Under the pieces are notes generated by a model. That model searched no databases, was not told the origin of the DNA, and saw only the letters and a list, made by a program, of their open reading frames with translations. DNA of 35,634 nucleotides from Octopus bimaculoides (taxonomy: Eukaryota). Below, in pieces: positions 12,974 to 24,396 of this stretch. Within the stretch, counting starts at the first letter, position 1. Each line of letters starts with the position of its first letter. Location of the stretch: the NCBI RefSeq assembly GCF_001194135.2, contig NC_068981.1, positions 155,321,069 to 155,356,702 on the forward strand. The letters run 5' to 3'. Made by a program: the position numbers and the translations under genes.

Positions 12974-13192
12974 TTAGCGACAGCTACTGACTGATACACT
13001 AAAGTAGCTAAAAAAGAAACAGGTTCTGCTACATATTTTTGCTAGGTAAATTTTAACAGCAGTTCTATAAAGAGCAGTGGGTTTAAAGCACGGAATATAG
13101 TGTTTTATGAAATAATAACAGAAAATGAGAGGTAGAATATAATAGAGTTGACGAAATATCATTGTAGCAACATCCACTGAGTACACTCCCAT
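12974..13192 (-). CDS. Candidate 72-aa small ORF or first exon/uORF of an unidentified gene (unverified)
   Basis: True ATG in caacATGG context, not repeat-derived, sits at the CpG transition; no recognisable homology. Confidence 0.15.
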   Translation of the reverse strand: MGVYSVDVATMIFRQLYYILPLIFCYYFIKHYIPCFKPTALYRTAVKIYLAKICSRTCFFFSYFSVSVSSCR

Positions 13193-13240
13193 GTTGGTAG
13201 GAAGAACAGCAAGACTCAGTTGTACAATTTTTAACTAAAG

Positions 13241-13280
13241 AACTCATTTTACGAATTTCCCTTAATTCGTAAAATGAGTT
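13241..13280. other. Perfect inverted repeat (17-bp stem, 6-nt loop)
   Basis: aactcattttacgaatt-tccctt-aattcgtaaaatgagtt. Confidence 0.92.
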
Positions 13281-14459
13281 TTGATGTGTCGGCTAGAGAA
13301 TTTATTTTTAAAAAATGGGTGAAAGACATGATTTCATTTACAACCTTGTAACACACTTAACATTTCTTCGAAATGTCAAAACACACCTCTCTCTCTCTCT
13401 CTTTCTCTGCGACACACAAACTTGTCTTCGACGCAGTCTGTCACTAGTATCCTACGATAATTTTTTTTTGTGTTTTCACTACTATTCCTTTTTTTTTTTT
13501 TTTTTTTTGCAAAATAATTCAACCTATGCTAAAATGATGTAGAAATGGAAATAAGTACAAATAACATTTAAAAAAAAAAATCTTTTTTTTAAGGCTGCGA
13601 CCTTTGATATGAAATATTCAAATAAATATAATAAATTTATTAAGTTACAAAAATATTAAAAAGAAAACAGAAAAGTTAGTTTCTAACTGTTAAAGAGAAA
13701 CATCAAATTATTTTAAATGAAATGTGAATTTTAAGAAAAAAAAATTATGAAACGGTAATCATTAGAAAAAAATATAAGAAATCTTGATTGCAATATTTGA
13801 AGGAATAATAAACTGGTCTATTTCAAAAACAAAATCCAAATTCAAGACATAAAATATAATTTTTTTTCAGTTCTTTATGTATATATAAACGTTTTGGTGT
13901 AAATTTTCTTCTCGTCAATGTTATTGTTGCTGTTGTTAATTATCTTAAATTACTTTAATATTTTGATCATTAATGCATGATATAAATATATATATATATC
14001 CCATATGTATATAATTTATCATAGGAGAAAATTAGGAAAGAAAACTAACTTAAAATATGCATATGAACAAGAATGTTATCTACAGGAATAATGCTAACGA
14101 CAGTCGTCACAAGCAATGTAAATAAAATGAACATTCCATCGTCGTAGCCAAAGACCACCTAGTGATGGGTCAAAGGGAGATAATAAATGACAACCCTACT
14201 AAGAGTCACGATGAAAAACTAGTAGTCATGTCAAATATAGAAATATCTTTTCAAATATATTAAAACAAAATGACAACAATAACTTCGAGATAACGAAGGA
14301 GAGCCTCTCAACGCAGTCATTCGACAGTCTAGAAATAGCAGCTAAATCACACTCTGTCGTCTTAAAAAAAAAAAGGAAGGACACATTTCCAAATTTAATC
14401 TGATATATAGAAAGATAGAATGGTCACAACTAGAATACTTGAATGATTTTCTTTCTAAC

Positions 14460-14657
14460 TCTGGTACCACACTTTTGAAGAGATGGGAAGACGACTACGT
14501 CGACCTTTCAGTGTTCAGCACGTACTTATTTTATCGATTCCAAAAGGATGAAAGGCAAAGTCAACCTCGGCGGAATTTGAACTCAGAATGGAAAGCCGAA
14601 AGAAATGTCACTAAGCATTTTGTTCGGTGCGGTAACGATTCTGCTGGCTCGCCACCT
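14460..14657 (-). mobile_element. tRNA-headed SINE (Octopus OR-like; family name unverified)
   Basis: Reverse complement ggcgagccagcagaatcgtta...tgagttcaaattccgccgagg...tttcatcctttt..aatcgataaaataagtac; multiple copies in the window. Confidence 0.8.
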
Positions 14658-14671
14658 CAGAATGCTTTAGT

Positions 14672-14815
14672 AATCCTTTCTGCTATAGGCACAAGGCCTG
14701 AAATTTTGGGGTTGGAGACAAGTCGATAACATCGACTCCAGTGTTTAGCTGGTATTTTTATCGACTCCGAAAGGATGAAAAGCAAAGTTAACTTCGGCAG
14801 AATTTGAACTCAGAA
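14672..14815 (-). mobile_element. SINE of the same family, headless copy
   Basis: ggatgaaaagcaaagttaacttcggcagaatttgaactcagaa with tail ataggcacaaggcctgaaatttt. Confidence 0.75.
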
Positions 14816-15127
14816 AGAATGCTTTAATTATAAAAACATGATACTATTTCACTTTCTGTCTAACCTATGGTTACAAAATCCACAATCTAATGTTTTACTT
14901 TCAAAGCTTAGCTTCCGTTAACTCGTCCAAAATCCACGAATGCTCGTTAAAGCCGGTTAATTTACATTGGCTTTGATAGCATTAAGAATTTGGAGTGACC
15001 AGTATTCACTTTAGTAAAACACTAAGTATATTGAACCAGCGAGGAAGCTCCTACGTGGTTACTAGATATGCTAGAAATGGAAGCCATGCTTTCCTAAAAT
15101 CAAAGTCTGTTGTCTTAGAAAGGGAAG

Positions 15128-15340
15128 ACGTGTAGCTTCGTGGTTAGGTTGTTGCACCCGCAATCGCAAGATCGTTGTTTGAAGCAAAACCCCTTCATTT
15201 CACGTTACTCCAATCCACTCAGTGGTAAATGAGTAACCCTGCGACTGACTGCCGTCCCATTTTGTGTAATGTTTTGATCTCGGTCACTCATAACGCCATG
15301 GAAACCGGGTTAATTGGACGTATGAGTCCTAACACTCGAG
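15128..15340 (+). mobile_element. tRNA-headed SINE (degenerate, internally deleted)
   Basis: gtggttagg A-box; gagcaaaac..cttcatttcac; accctgcgactgactgccgtccc; gaaaccggg shared with 8608-8921. Confidence 0.65.
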
Positions 15341-15585
15341 TACCATTGTTTCTTTTTTTTTTACTGTCTTAGAAAAGGTGAGGGCCCGCTAAGGATACGC
15401 TGGATACTGTAGTCCTAGATAAACTATACACAAAACAAAGGGAACGGCTAGAATTCCTTTGATCATAGCTCTATTCAGGATTAATCTGGGGCTAAATAAT
15501 GTACCACAATCGTTTATCTCATTTCCAGTCGAGGAAATAACTAGAAATAATGTCCCAGTCCAGAGAAAGAACACATACTATAAAG

Positions 15586-15909
15586 CAGAGGTTTTCAAAT
15601 TTTTGGGGCCACCGTCCCCTTCATGGCCACATAATACCCTCAACGCCCCACCCCCATTTTTTTATGTATAAGTAAATATTTTATATTTTACTAATTTATA
15701 TATATACTATGAATCATTTGATATTTAATATAATATATAATTTGTATACAATACTATGATAATATAAATTCATAGCGTCCCTCAATCCACTGCCTTCCTC
15801 CCAATGCCTCCTTTTTCTCTACCTCCGACCATCCACTTAGACACCAGCGCCCACCTGGACCCTCTCAACGCCCACCGGAAGGTGGTAGCACCCACTTTGA
15901 GAACCCATG
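15586..15909. mobile_element. hAT-superfamily MITE, second family (324 bp)
   Basis: Imperfect TIR cagaggttttcaaa / tttgagaacccatg; 8-bp TSD ctataaag/ctataaaa (7/8 match). Confidence 0.8.
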
Positions 15910-17880
15910 CTATAAAAGATGAACTCAATATCCACGATCCAATAAATACATACGTTGTAATCCTTAAAGTTATTAAGTTGAGTTCTCTTCTACTGTGTTT
16001 ATTCGACATGAAAGAAGCAGCAATCAAATCTCTCTCAAATCACATCTTCTCCCTTCTAGCCTTCATCCGTTTTTATTTCTGCTAGCTTTTATCGAACTGT
16101 CCGATTAAGGTTAACTAGCCGAAACTTCGAAGTCACCTTCACCACTGTTGTAAAATTATAATAAATATGTACTCTACAAAAAGTATTGAGTAATCCTTCA
16201 GTTTAATGTAAAATTGTTGTCATTTTAATAACACTATAAAAACAAACATCATAAATATAATATAATGTAATATAATGTAATATAATATAATAACCATATA
16301 TATATAATAACCGCACACACACACACACATGGTTTGAGATTATCTGTAAGAGTGGGGCAGTCACAACTAGAAAGCCTTTGATAATAAGTCTATCTACTCG
16401 ATCAGGCCTGATATCAAGTTCTCAACAAACCTCATTCATTTTAAAAACAGAAGTGATGAATAGATTACCCAACGTAAATCAAGTCTGAGAGTTTCGTGGG
16501 AAACAATTATTATATTTTATGCGCAAACATCAAAAAGAATTGTGAGAAGTTTATTCTTCGTTTTCAAATAAATGTTTGATCTCCACACGAGAACAAATTA
16601 TCAGCAAAATAATAAATCAGTCTCAAAGGGTTCGTATGTCTTATAGCTTTAAGCTTAATGTAAAACAAACTTCGATATATAACTTAGAATATTGATTTCT
16701 AACATTGGAACAAACCAGAAATTTTTGTGGGAGACTACAGTTGATTAAACTGACTTCAGTACTTGACTGATAATTATTTTATCGATCCCTACTTTAAAAA
16801 AAAGTAAAAAAGGAAGAAAAAGGGGAAAATCGATTTCGTGAGAAGTTGAACTCGTAACGCAATGAAGCGTAGCTAACTTATTCAATGCATTTTGTTTAGA
16901 TCTTTACTGATTCTGTACCCTTATTTTATTGTTGTTCTTAAAATTTGATAACGTTGAGATTAATTGAAAATTATAATTAACTTTAGCTTATATAGTTTCA
17001 TAAGTTCAATAAGGAGTCTCAGAATTTTATATATTATATTATGTTACGAAGCGCATGTCACTCCACAACCAAGAATTAAAAATGAATTGCAGATTTGGTT
17101 CACTGAATAACATTCATTTTTCATTTCATACAATTATATTAGTTTGATAACTTTTTCCTATATTACGTTACTATTTTGAAAAAACAAAAAATGCAAACGC
17201 AGGCTCTTTATGTTCTTAGTTAAGATCCTACCGAGGGCAACTTTACCTTTCATATATAATTGACAAATCCTTGCCGACAAAATTTCAGACTCCCTATTTT
17301 AGAAACAATTATCTGAGACAAAAACAAAAAGTAACTTTATATCAGGCATATTAGAAAATTGAGCAGTAGTTTTAGAAGGTAAGTTGGACTAGAGGGGACT
17401 ACATTTGATCAAATCAACATAGGTATGGCTGTATGGTAAAGAAGCTTGCTTCTCAATCATAGCACTTTGCTCAAATCCCTTCTACCGTAGCCCCGGATTG
17501 ACTCAATACCCAGTGAATGGAATTTGATAAAAAGAAATTGTGCAGAAGCTAATTTTTTTTTATCCTTAATAACTCTGTAACGTGACTGCACGGTTCGATA
17601 ACGACGCATAAAACCGAAAACACATCACTGGAGGTTATTGTACTGAATCAAGAAGAATTTGATGTGATTTACTTTCTTGACTGAGAAAAGCAAAAGTAAA
17701 CGAGGTAGGGTAATGAACATAAATTCTATGTAGTGCTTCATTGAAAAATCAGAAGTTCCAAATCACGAATCGCATTTTATTTTTCTTCAGATGCATCTTG
17801 ATCTAATTCTCTCCTATAAAATGAAGTTCTTTTTTTTCTCTCCAAGTAACAATCAGGTTGGGAGAAATTGAGAGTAAACA

Positions 17881-18015
17881 NNNNNNNNNNNNNNNNNNNN
17901 NNNNNNNNNNNNNNNNNNNNNNNNNNNNNNNNNNNNNNNNNNNNNNNNNNNNNNNNNNNNNNNNNNNNNNNNNNNNNNNNNNNNNNNNNNNNNNNNNNNN
18001 NNNNNNNNNNNNNNN
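17881..18015. other. Assembly gap (N run); others at 20019-20226, 22321-22451, 25606-26065, 27520-27556, 28749-28789
   Basis: N runs, each adjoining a microsatellite. Confidence 0.98.
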
Positions 18016-18063
<48 letters not shown>

Positions 18064-18814
18064 ATTTCGCACCATTCTATAGATTTGGACGAAGGAGTCC
18101 CTGCATAGTCTAGTCGTTCCACCTGTTAGAAATAATAGTTAACTACGCCTGTATCAAAGTAAATAAAAATCAAAACCCCCGAACAAAACCAAGGGTAAAT
18201 CAGATAATTTAGATATAAATATATTGTCTTAAAAAAGACGGAGTGGTCATAGCTGGAATGCTACGGATCATAGGACAGACTTGGGACTAAACAATTACAA
18301 CTTGGGTTCGCCATCAGCAATAAAGATTCTCCTACATCAAACTGACCAATGTATCTATGAGAATTGAAAATTAAATATTATTCATACAAAAAAACAAACA
18401 ACAAAATTTCATTTTGAGTTCCAGTTAAATTTGTTGGAATTTAGAAAAATTTGAATTTTCTTCTTTAATTTTTGCTGTCTTATTTTGTTTATCTGGAATC
18501 AAGATTGAAAAATAAGAAAAAATAAAAAAAGTTGTCTGTCCTGTCGAAAAAGAGTTGTGTCCCTTACCACTTGTAGCTTATGTCGACAGCTTTTTTTTTG
18601 TCTTCTTTTACATTTAGTGTTGTTGACGGTGAGAATGAGTAAAGAGGAGAACTAATAGTTATATAATAAATTGAAGACAAGCGTGAGGTTTCTTTTGTAA
18701 TTCCTTTGTTTTAATAAAAAATATATCTTGAAAGCATACTGTCTCCTAACTTACGGCTAACTCGAATAACTTCAAAGAGAGAGGTTATCTTAACTAATAA
18801 CAGGAAATGATAAC

Positions 18815-19955
18815 AATCTAAGTGTTTCGGTCATTGGACTGTGGCCATGCAGGGGCACCGCCTTGGAAAGTCTTATTTGAACTAATCAATCTCAATACTT
18901 ATTTTTAAAAAGCCTTGGACTTATTCTATCGGTCTCTTTTGCTAAACGGCCGAGTTACAGAAACGTAAACAAAACAATACCGGTTGTCAAATGGTGATGG
19001 AGAACAGACGCGCGCGCGCGCGCGTCGCATACACAACGAGCTTCTTTTAGGTTCTGTCTACCAAGTCCACTCACAAGGCTTTGCTCAGCGCATTGGGACA
19101 ACTCATCACCGCCAACTCAGCACCACCGACCCAACGCCAGGACAACTCAACATCAGGACAACGCAAAACTCGGAAAATTGATTAATAAGCAATTTATTCG
19201 TTTTATAACATTATCAGAAATTTATAAAATTTATAATACATGGCTTGAATAAAAAAAACCCCCCAAAAAACAGATCTTTTAAAAGCACTGAATTAGTTCG
19301 AAGATTCCTATATTGGAAGACCAAATTGACGTGGAAATAGTAGAAGACCTTCCCTCTTCCTCCATGAAATGTAGAATGTTTACGAGAGGACGTCGCTCGG
19401 GGAAGACCGGATAAATAACCGTGATGAAGCAGCAAATCGAAGACTCCAAACAGCTCGGAATGTAGCACTCCACAATATGGATATTCATAAATGGGCTACA
19501 CAGGGTGCAAAGAAACCGAGATGCATTTTTTGAGCAACTGATTGGAGGTCATCCCCAACCCTTACCCGAAGAAGTATATGAAGGCAGATGAATTGAATTC
19601 TGCGTATTGTTTCATCTTTTTCAGAACGATCTCCCACAGAATATTTGAAAGGAATTGCATAAAACTTTCAGTAAATTTCTCATTTAAGTTTTAGCCTTGT
19701 ATTAAAAATGTATAGTTTCTCAATTACTTTTGTTCGAATTAAAAAAATTATGTCACGTATTAAATTAATCCTTTTATAAATTTCTGATAATGTTATAAAA
19801 CGAATAAATTATTTATTAATCAATTTTCCTGGTGTAGGAGTTGAGTTGTCCTGCACCCTTTGGTCAGTCCAAAGCAAGATCGAAGACACTTGCCCAAGAA
19901 TTGAACCCGGAACCATGTAGTTGGGAAGCAAACTTCTTACCACACAGCCATGTAT
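18815..19955 (-). mobile_element. SINE (27374 family) split by a MULE insertion
   Basis: Tail acttattctatcggtctcttttgc and ctcacaaggctttg left of 19089; aagacacttgcccaag...gaaccatgtagttgggaagcaaacttcttaccacacagcc right of 19858. Confidence 0.75.
19089..19858 (+). mobile_element. Non-autonomous Mutator-like (MULE) element with transposase C-terminal remnant
   Basis: Long TIRs (ggaaaattgattaataa..aatttattcgttttataacattatcagaaatttataaaa and its reverse complement) with ggacaactc subterminal repeats; 9-bp TSD tttgctcag/tttggtcag. 19297-19591 translates FEDSYIGRPN*RG...EM*NVYERTSLGEDRINNRDEAANRRLQT...DAFFEQLIGGHPQP, matching the MULE WNV..RTNNxxE motif. Confidence 0.82.
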
Positions 19956-20226
19956 GATCCGTAAAATTTCTCAACGAAATCGTCTACATTTATTTCAACT
20001 AAGTTTTAGGTTCACGTTNNNNNNNNNNNNNNNNNNNNNNNNNNNNNNNNNNNNNNNNNNNNNNNNNNNNNNNNNNNNNNNNNNNNNNNNNNNNNNNNNN
20101 NNNNNNNNNNNNNNNNNNNNNNNNNNNNNNNNNNNNNNNNNNNNNNNNNNNNNNNNNNNNNNNNNNNNNNNNNNNNNNNNNNNNNNNNNNNNNNNNNNNN
20201 NNNNNNNNNNNNNNNNNNNNNNNNNN

Positions 20227-20291
<65 letters not shown>

Positions 20292-20348
20292 ACGAGGAGT
20301 TTTCGCCAGGATGACTTAAACTAATAGGTATGCGTTCTGAGCGCTCAA

Positions 20349-20570
20349 ATAGGTGGGCCACCAAAATTCCAGTTTGAACAGCAGTTGAAGTTGTAATTGC
20401 ATGATTGTCTTGTTTAAACTGGCTGGACATAATGAACTACCACAAATATCATTCATTGATGAGGAACTTTCTTCCATTGACTAACTTACATCTCTCCGAT
20501 GACGAGATACCCAACTTGCAGAGTCTTCGCTCGAAACGATGCCCCAAATAGCTGGGATATCCCAGGAAAA
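20349..20570 (-). mobile_element. Possible Tc1/mariner end remnant
   Basis: ggtgggccaccaaaattc resembles a cagggtgg-type mariner TIR; weak AIWGIV motif on the minus strand. Confidence 0.3.
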
Positions 20571-20704
20571 GCTGACAGTGACTAATTTTTTACTATTTTA
20601 AAAATATGTTTTACTACTTTTTATCATTCGTTATGTAGCTAAATTTAAATTGAATTAAATGAAATTAAATGTTCTGCCTAATTGTTTGCCTTTCCTCACT
20701 ACTT

Positions 20705-20865
20705 ATATTATAATGGGGGAGGCCGGTTTATGGGGTTACTTGAAAATATTTTGAAGAGGTCTTAGGCCAACAGGTTTGGGGTGTGACGATACGCCGTAAG
20801 GCCAAACCACTTATGGATGAGAAACCCAGGGTAACCCCATAAACCGGCCTCCCCCATTATAATAT
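20705..20865. mobile_element. Small hairpin MITE-like element (35-bp perfect TIR)
   Basis: atattataatgggggaggccggtttatggggttac (20705-20739) and its exact reverse complement (20831-20865). Confidence 0.82.
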
Positions 20866-21044
20866 TAACTACTCTACATCTAAGAATGTGCTTCTTTTCC
20901 GGATTTAAGTTATTCCACAAACGATATGAGTGTGTGTGTATATATATATATATATAAAGCAAGAAATAATATTTGTCTCTTCTAAGAGAAACAAAAGGGT
21001 TTATAGGACTGCAAAAGAAGTGCTCAAATATAAATGAGATAAAG

Positions 21045-22057
21045 ATAAAGAAGCGTTGGTTATAGAACAAACATTAAATTTGGGTCAACGGCTTTACATA
21101 CAACACCACCCCTCAGGCATTTAATCATATATAAAAATCCCCATGGTTCTCAAACACGTAAAAATAATACATATACATAAAATCACAGAAGGTAAAAGTA
21201 TATAGTCGAATAAAATACAAATAGAACGGCCTATCAAAAATGTTAAATATAAATGGCTAAAAATTCAAAAACTGCCAAAAAATCCTAATAGACAAATATA
21301 AAATTAGTAAAGGTAAAAATAAAAATAAATATCCACCGACTAAAAAAGTTTTATCAGATGATCAAAATATAAAAGAAAAATAAAAAAAAAATTTTCTTAT
21401 ATATATTTGAAAAAATATTTGAAAAAACTCTTTTACTTCCCTCATACAAGTACATCCAAAGTTCATAAGTAAACAAACTTCCACAGGTCAAATTCACATA
21501 CATCTTGAAAAAAGTCTTTTACTCCCTCCACACAAGTATGTCCAAAAGTTCATAATGAGCAGACTTCACAGGTCAAATTCAACATTCACATATATCTGTG
21601 GCCATTTCGGGGTCTCACCACCGCAGTTTATTTGCACTAAGGTGCAACACGGCGATGACCCCCTCATCAGGATAAACAGGAATTTGTATGAGGGAAGTAA
21701 AAGACTTTTTTCAAATATTTTTAAGAAAATATTTTAAAAAAATATTTTAATCATCTGATAAAACTTTTTTAGTCGGTGGATATTTATTTTTATTTTTACC
21801 TTTGCTAATTTTATATTTGTCTATTAGGTTTTTTTGGTAGTTTTTGAATTCTTAGCCGTTTATGTTTAACATTTTTGATAGGCCGTTCTTTTTGCATTTT
21901 ATTCGATTATATACTTTTACCTTCTGTGATTTTATGTATATGTATCATTTTTGGGGACCATGGTGATTTTTATATGATTAAATGTTTGAGAGGTGATGTT
22001 GTATGTAAAGTCGTTGACTCAAATTTAATGTTTGTTCTATAACCAACGCTTCTTTAT
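21045..22057. mobile_element. Foldback element with about 375-405-bp inverted arms
   Basis: Arms 21045-21449 and 21684-22057 are reverse complements along their length (e.g. tatccaccgactaaaaaagttttatcagatgat / atcatctgataaaactttttagtcggtggata); spacer contains a degenerate tandem duplication of about 85 bp. Confidence 0.88.
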
Positions 22058-22103
22058 ATATATACATATACATACATACATATATATATATGTATGTATG
22101 TAT

Positions 22104-22248
22104 ATTAGATAAAGATAGCTATGGCTGGTCTATGGGGTTACCCAGGGTTTCACGTCCATAAAGCGCTTAGTTTTACAGCCTCTCTTCAGACCCTAATGGC
22201 CGGTCTATGGGTAACCCCATAGACTGGTCATAACTATCTTTATCTAAT
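22104..22248. mobile_element. Small hairpin MITE-like element (41-bp TIR, 4 mismatches)
   Basis: attagataaagatagctatggctggtctatggggttaccca ... tgggtaaccccatagactggtcataactatctttatctaat. Confidence 0.8.
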
Positions 22249-22451
22249 TACTCTATAACTCAGAGTGTACTTCTCTTTCGGATTCAATATTTACTGACGA
22301 AATATATATATATATATATANNNNNNNNNNNNNNNNNNNNNNNNNNNNNNNNNNNNNNNNNNNNNNNNNNNNNNNNNNNNNNNNNNNNNNNNNNNNNNNN
22401 NNNNNNNNNNNNNNNNNNNNNNNNNNNNNNNNNNNNNNNNNNNNNNNNNNN

Positions 22452-23045
22452 AATCAGCTGTCATATAATGGGAAGGATGTATGAATCTGGATATATATTT
22501 CCCTGCAGAACTGAACGCGAAAGTTTTTTTTTTTGCACGAGAGTTCCGGACCCCAGTAATGAACTCATTTGCATACACCCAATCAGAGCAGCGCCACATT
22601 TATCCTTTCCTCCTTTCTAGTCCGCACCGTGCATTCCTTACTCTTTCCCTCTCTTCTGGCAGACAGTAACCTTTTTGTCACTATCGGAAAAAAAAAATCG
22701 CTGTCACTACAAGTACTACCGTCTCTCTAACTACCTGTCAGGCAAACGAATAAATATATGTAAATAATATTTCTTACATCTTGGTGTTGATCCTTCAATG
22801 TTCACTGGTTACTCCGACGTTGGCACAATAATAAACTTGCCCATACTGAATTGCTGGAGTTATTTCATTTTCCCCAGAAAATGTTTTAAAAAAGTTATAG
22901 AGGTTTAAAATTTGATCATTTTCACCCAGTCAGGACACAGAACTTGGAAGCAGTCATTCTGTGAGTGACTGCACATTTTGTCGCCAACATCCTGAAAATG
23001 CTTACATTTTTTATGTTTCCGTGAATTTTTCACGGGTCAAGTTAG
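22452..23045 (+). mobile_element. Putative non-autonomous Helitron-like element (5' end in gap)
   Basis: 3' hairpin ccgtgaa-ttt-ttcacgg (23019-23035), 6 nt, then TTAG|T; same geometry as 28410-28437. Confidence 0.45.
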
Positions 23046-23362
23046 TTATAATAAATAGATCTATAATTTACTACTAATAATATAATAGTATTTAGCGAAA
23101 TTTTTTAGTACTCACACATTTTCGTGACTATTTTTTTCTGATCTTTTCTGTTTGGTTGCCAGCGTCAGTTTTCTGTTCGAATTGATTTCATATTCAGTGT
23201 AATGATTACACTTTTATAGGCTAATTAATGGAGTAAAAGCAATTTTCGCTATAGATCAATAAATAAAGAGTTATGAGTAATAAAGTTTAAAAATTTTGGT
23301 AATTTTAACCAATCGTAAGCCACAGACGCATTCATGTTTTTCTCATTTGAATTAACATAAAC

Positions 23363-23455
23363 ATTTATTTACATGAAAGAAAATTACCGGAGAACTTTCG
23401 TGCTAAAAATAACAGCTAAATAAGATTTATTTACATGAAAGAAAATTACCGGAGA
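23363..23455. repeat. 31-bp perfect direct repeat x2 separated by 31 bp
   Basis: atttatttacatgaaagaaaattaccggaga at 23363-23393 and 23425-23455. Confidence 0.9.
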
Positions 23456-23544
23456 CATAACACGTGTTGTTTACAATATTGACATGTGCTATTTTGTCAC
23501 GCACAAGATAGCAGCTTCCAAATCCTGACATATATACGCATATA

Positions 23545-23640
23545 TGAGTTTCCTGCCGTGGTTTAGGTTCATATGGGACCTTGGCTAGCAGGAGGTCAAG
23601 TTTTTTCTTGAAAACATCTTCCTCTTCTCTATGAAGATCC
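23545..23640 (-). mobile_element. CR1-like LINE ORF2 C-terminal fragment
   Basis: DLHREEEDVFKKKLDLLLAKVPYEPKPRQET resembles the CR1-group FKxxLDxxLxxVPDEP terminus. Confidence 0.5.
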
Positions 23641-24054
23641 CTTTGACATGTCTTGCTTGGGATGCTCTACCAGGAGCTTGTGATTCACTGGCATGTCTCT
23701 CAGGGTCACTGAAGCACACAAGCCACTGATCCACAACAAGGACTGGACCTTGTGGTTTACTTGTCTGAAACGTAGTTTACTCATATCAAACATCAGTTAT
23801 GCTAAACACATATGATCATTTTTCTTTTTCAATTTAGAAAAATCCCAAATAATTGAAGACTCTGCAGGAATAATGCAAGCAGATAGGTAATTTCAGAAGA
23901 CTAACAGTCCAGAGAAGATGGAATGCCTTTAGGCGTTAGTGCAACTCCTAGGGTGCGACTATAGTGGCGGGGATGCAAAATGGCTGACGAGAAGAGAAGC
24001 GAGTAAATAAGGAGAGACTATGAGTTCAGGTGACATTAGGCCAGCTAGCTACTG

Positions 24055-24396
24055 TAAAGAGTAAAGACCCCACTTCGATCATAAATAACCATAGGATTGC
24101 ACCTAGAAAGTTGCCCCCCGAGGCACAAGTCCAGGCAAGGTTGTTTATGGAAGACCAGCAGTCGCCCATGCATATCAGCCTCCCCTCTCCACACCACCGA
24201 TGTTATCCAAAGGAAAGGCAAAAGTCGATACAGCTTGGCACCGGTGACGTCGCAACTCATTTCTACAGATAAAGTGAACTGGAGCAATGTAAAATAAAAG
24301 TGTCTTGCTCAAGAACGCAACATACAGCCCGGTCCGGGAATCGAACTCACTACCTCATGATTGTGAGGCGAATCCCTAACCACTGAGCCATGCGCT
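24055..24396 (-). mobile_element. Near full-length tRNA-headed SINE
   Basis: Reverse complement agcgcatggctcagtggttagg...gagttcgattcccggaccggg...cgttcttgagcaag; body continues to ggtcttccataaacaaccttgcc. Confidence 0.82.

Noticed and set aside
23363-23455. 31-bp repeat / 31-bp spacer as a mini-CRISPR
   Set aside because: Only two copies, non-palindromic, no cas genes; a local duplication is simpler.
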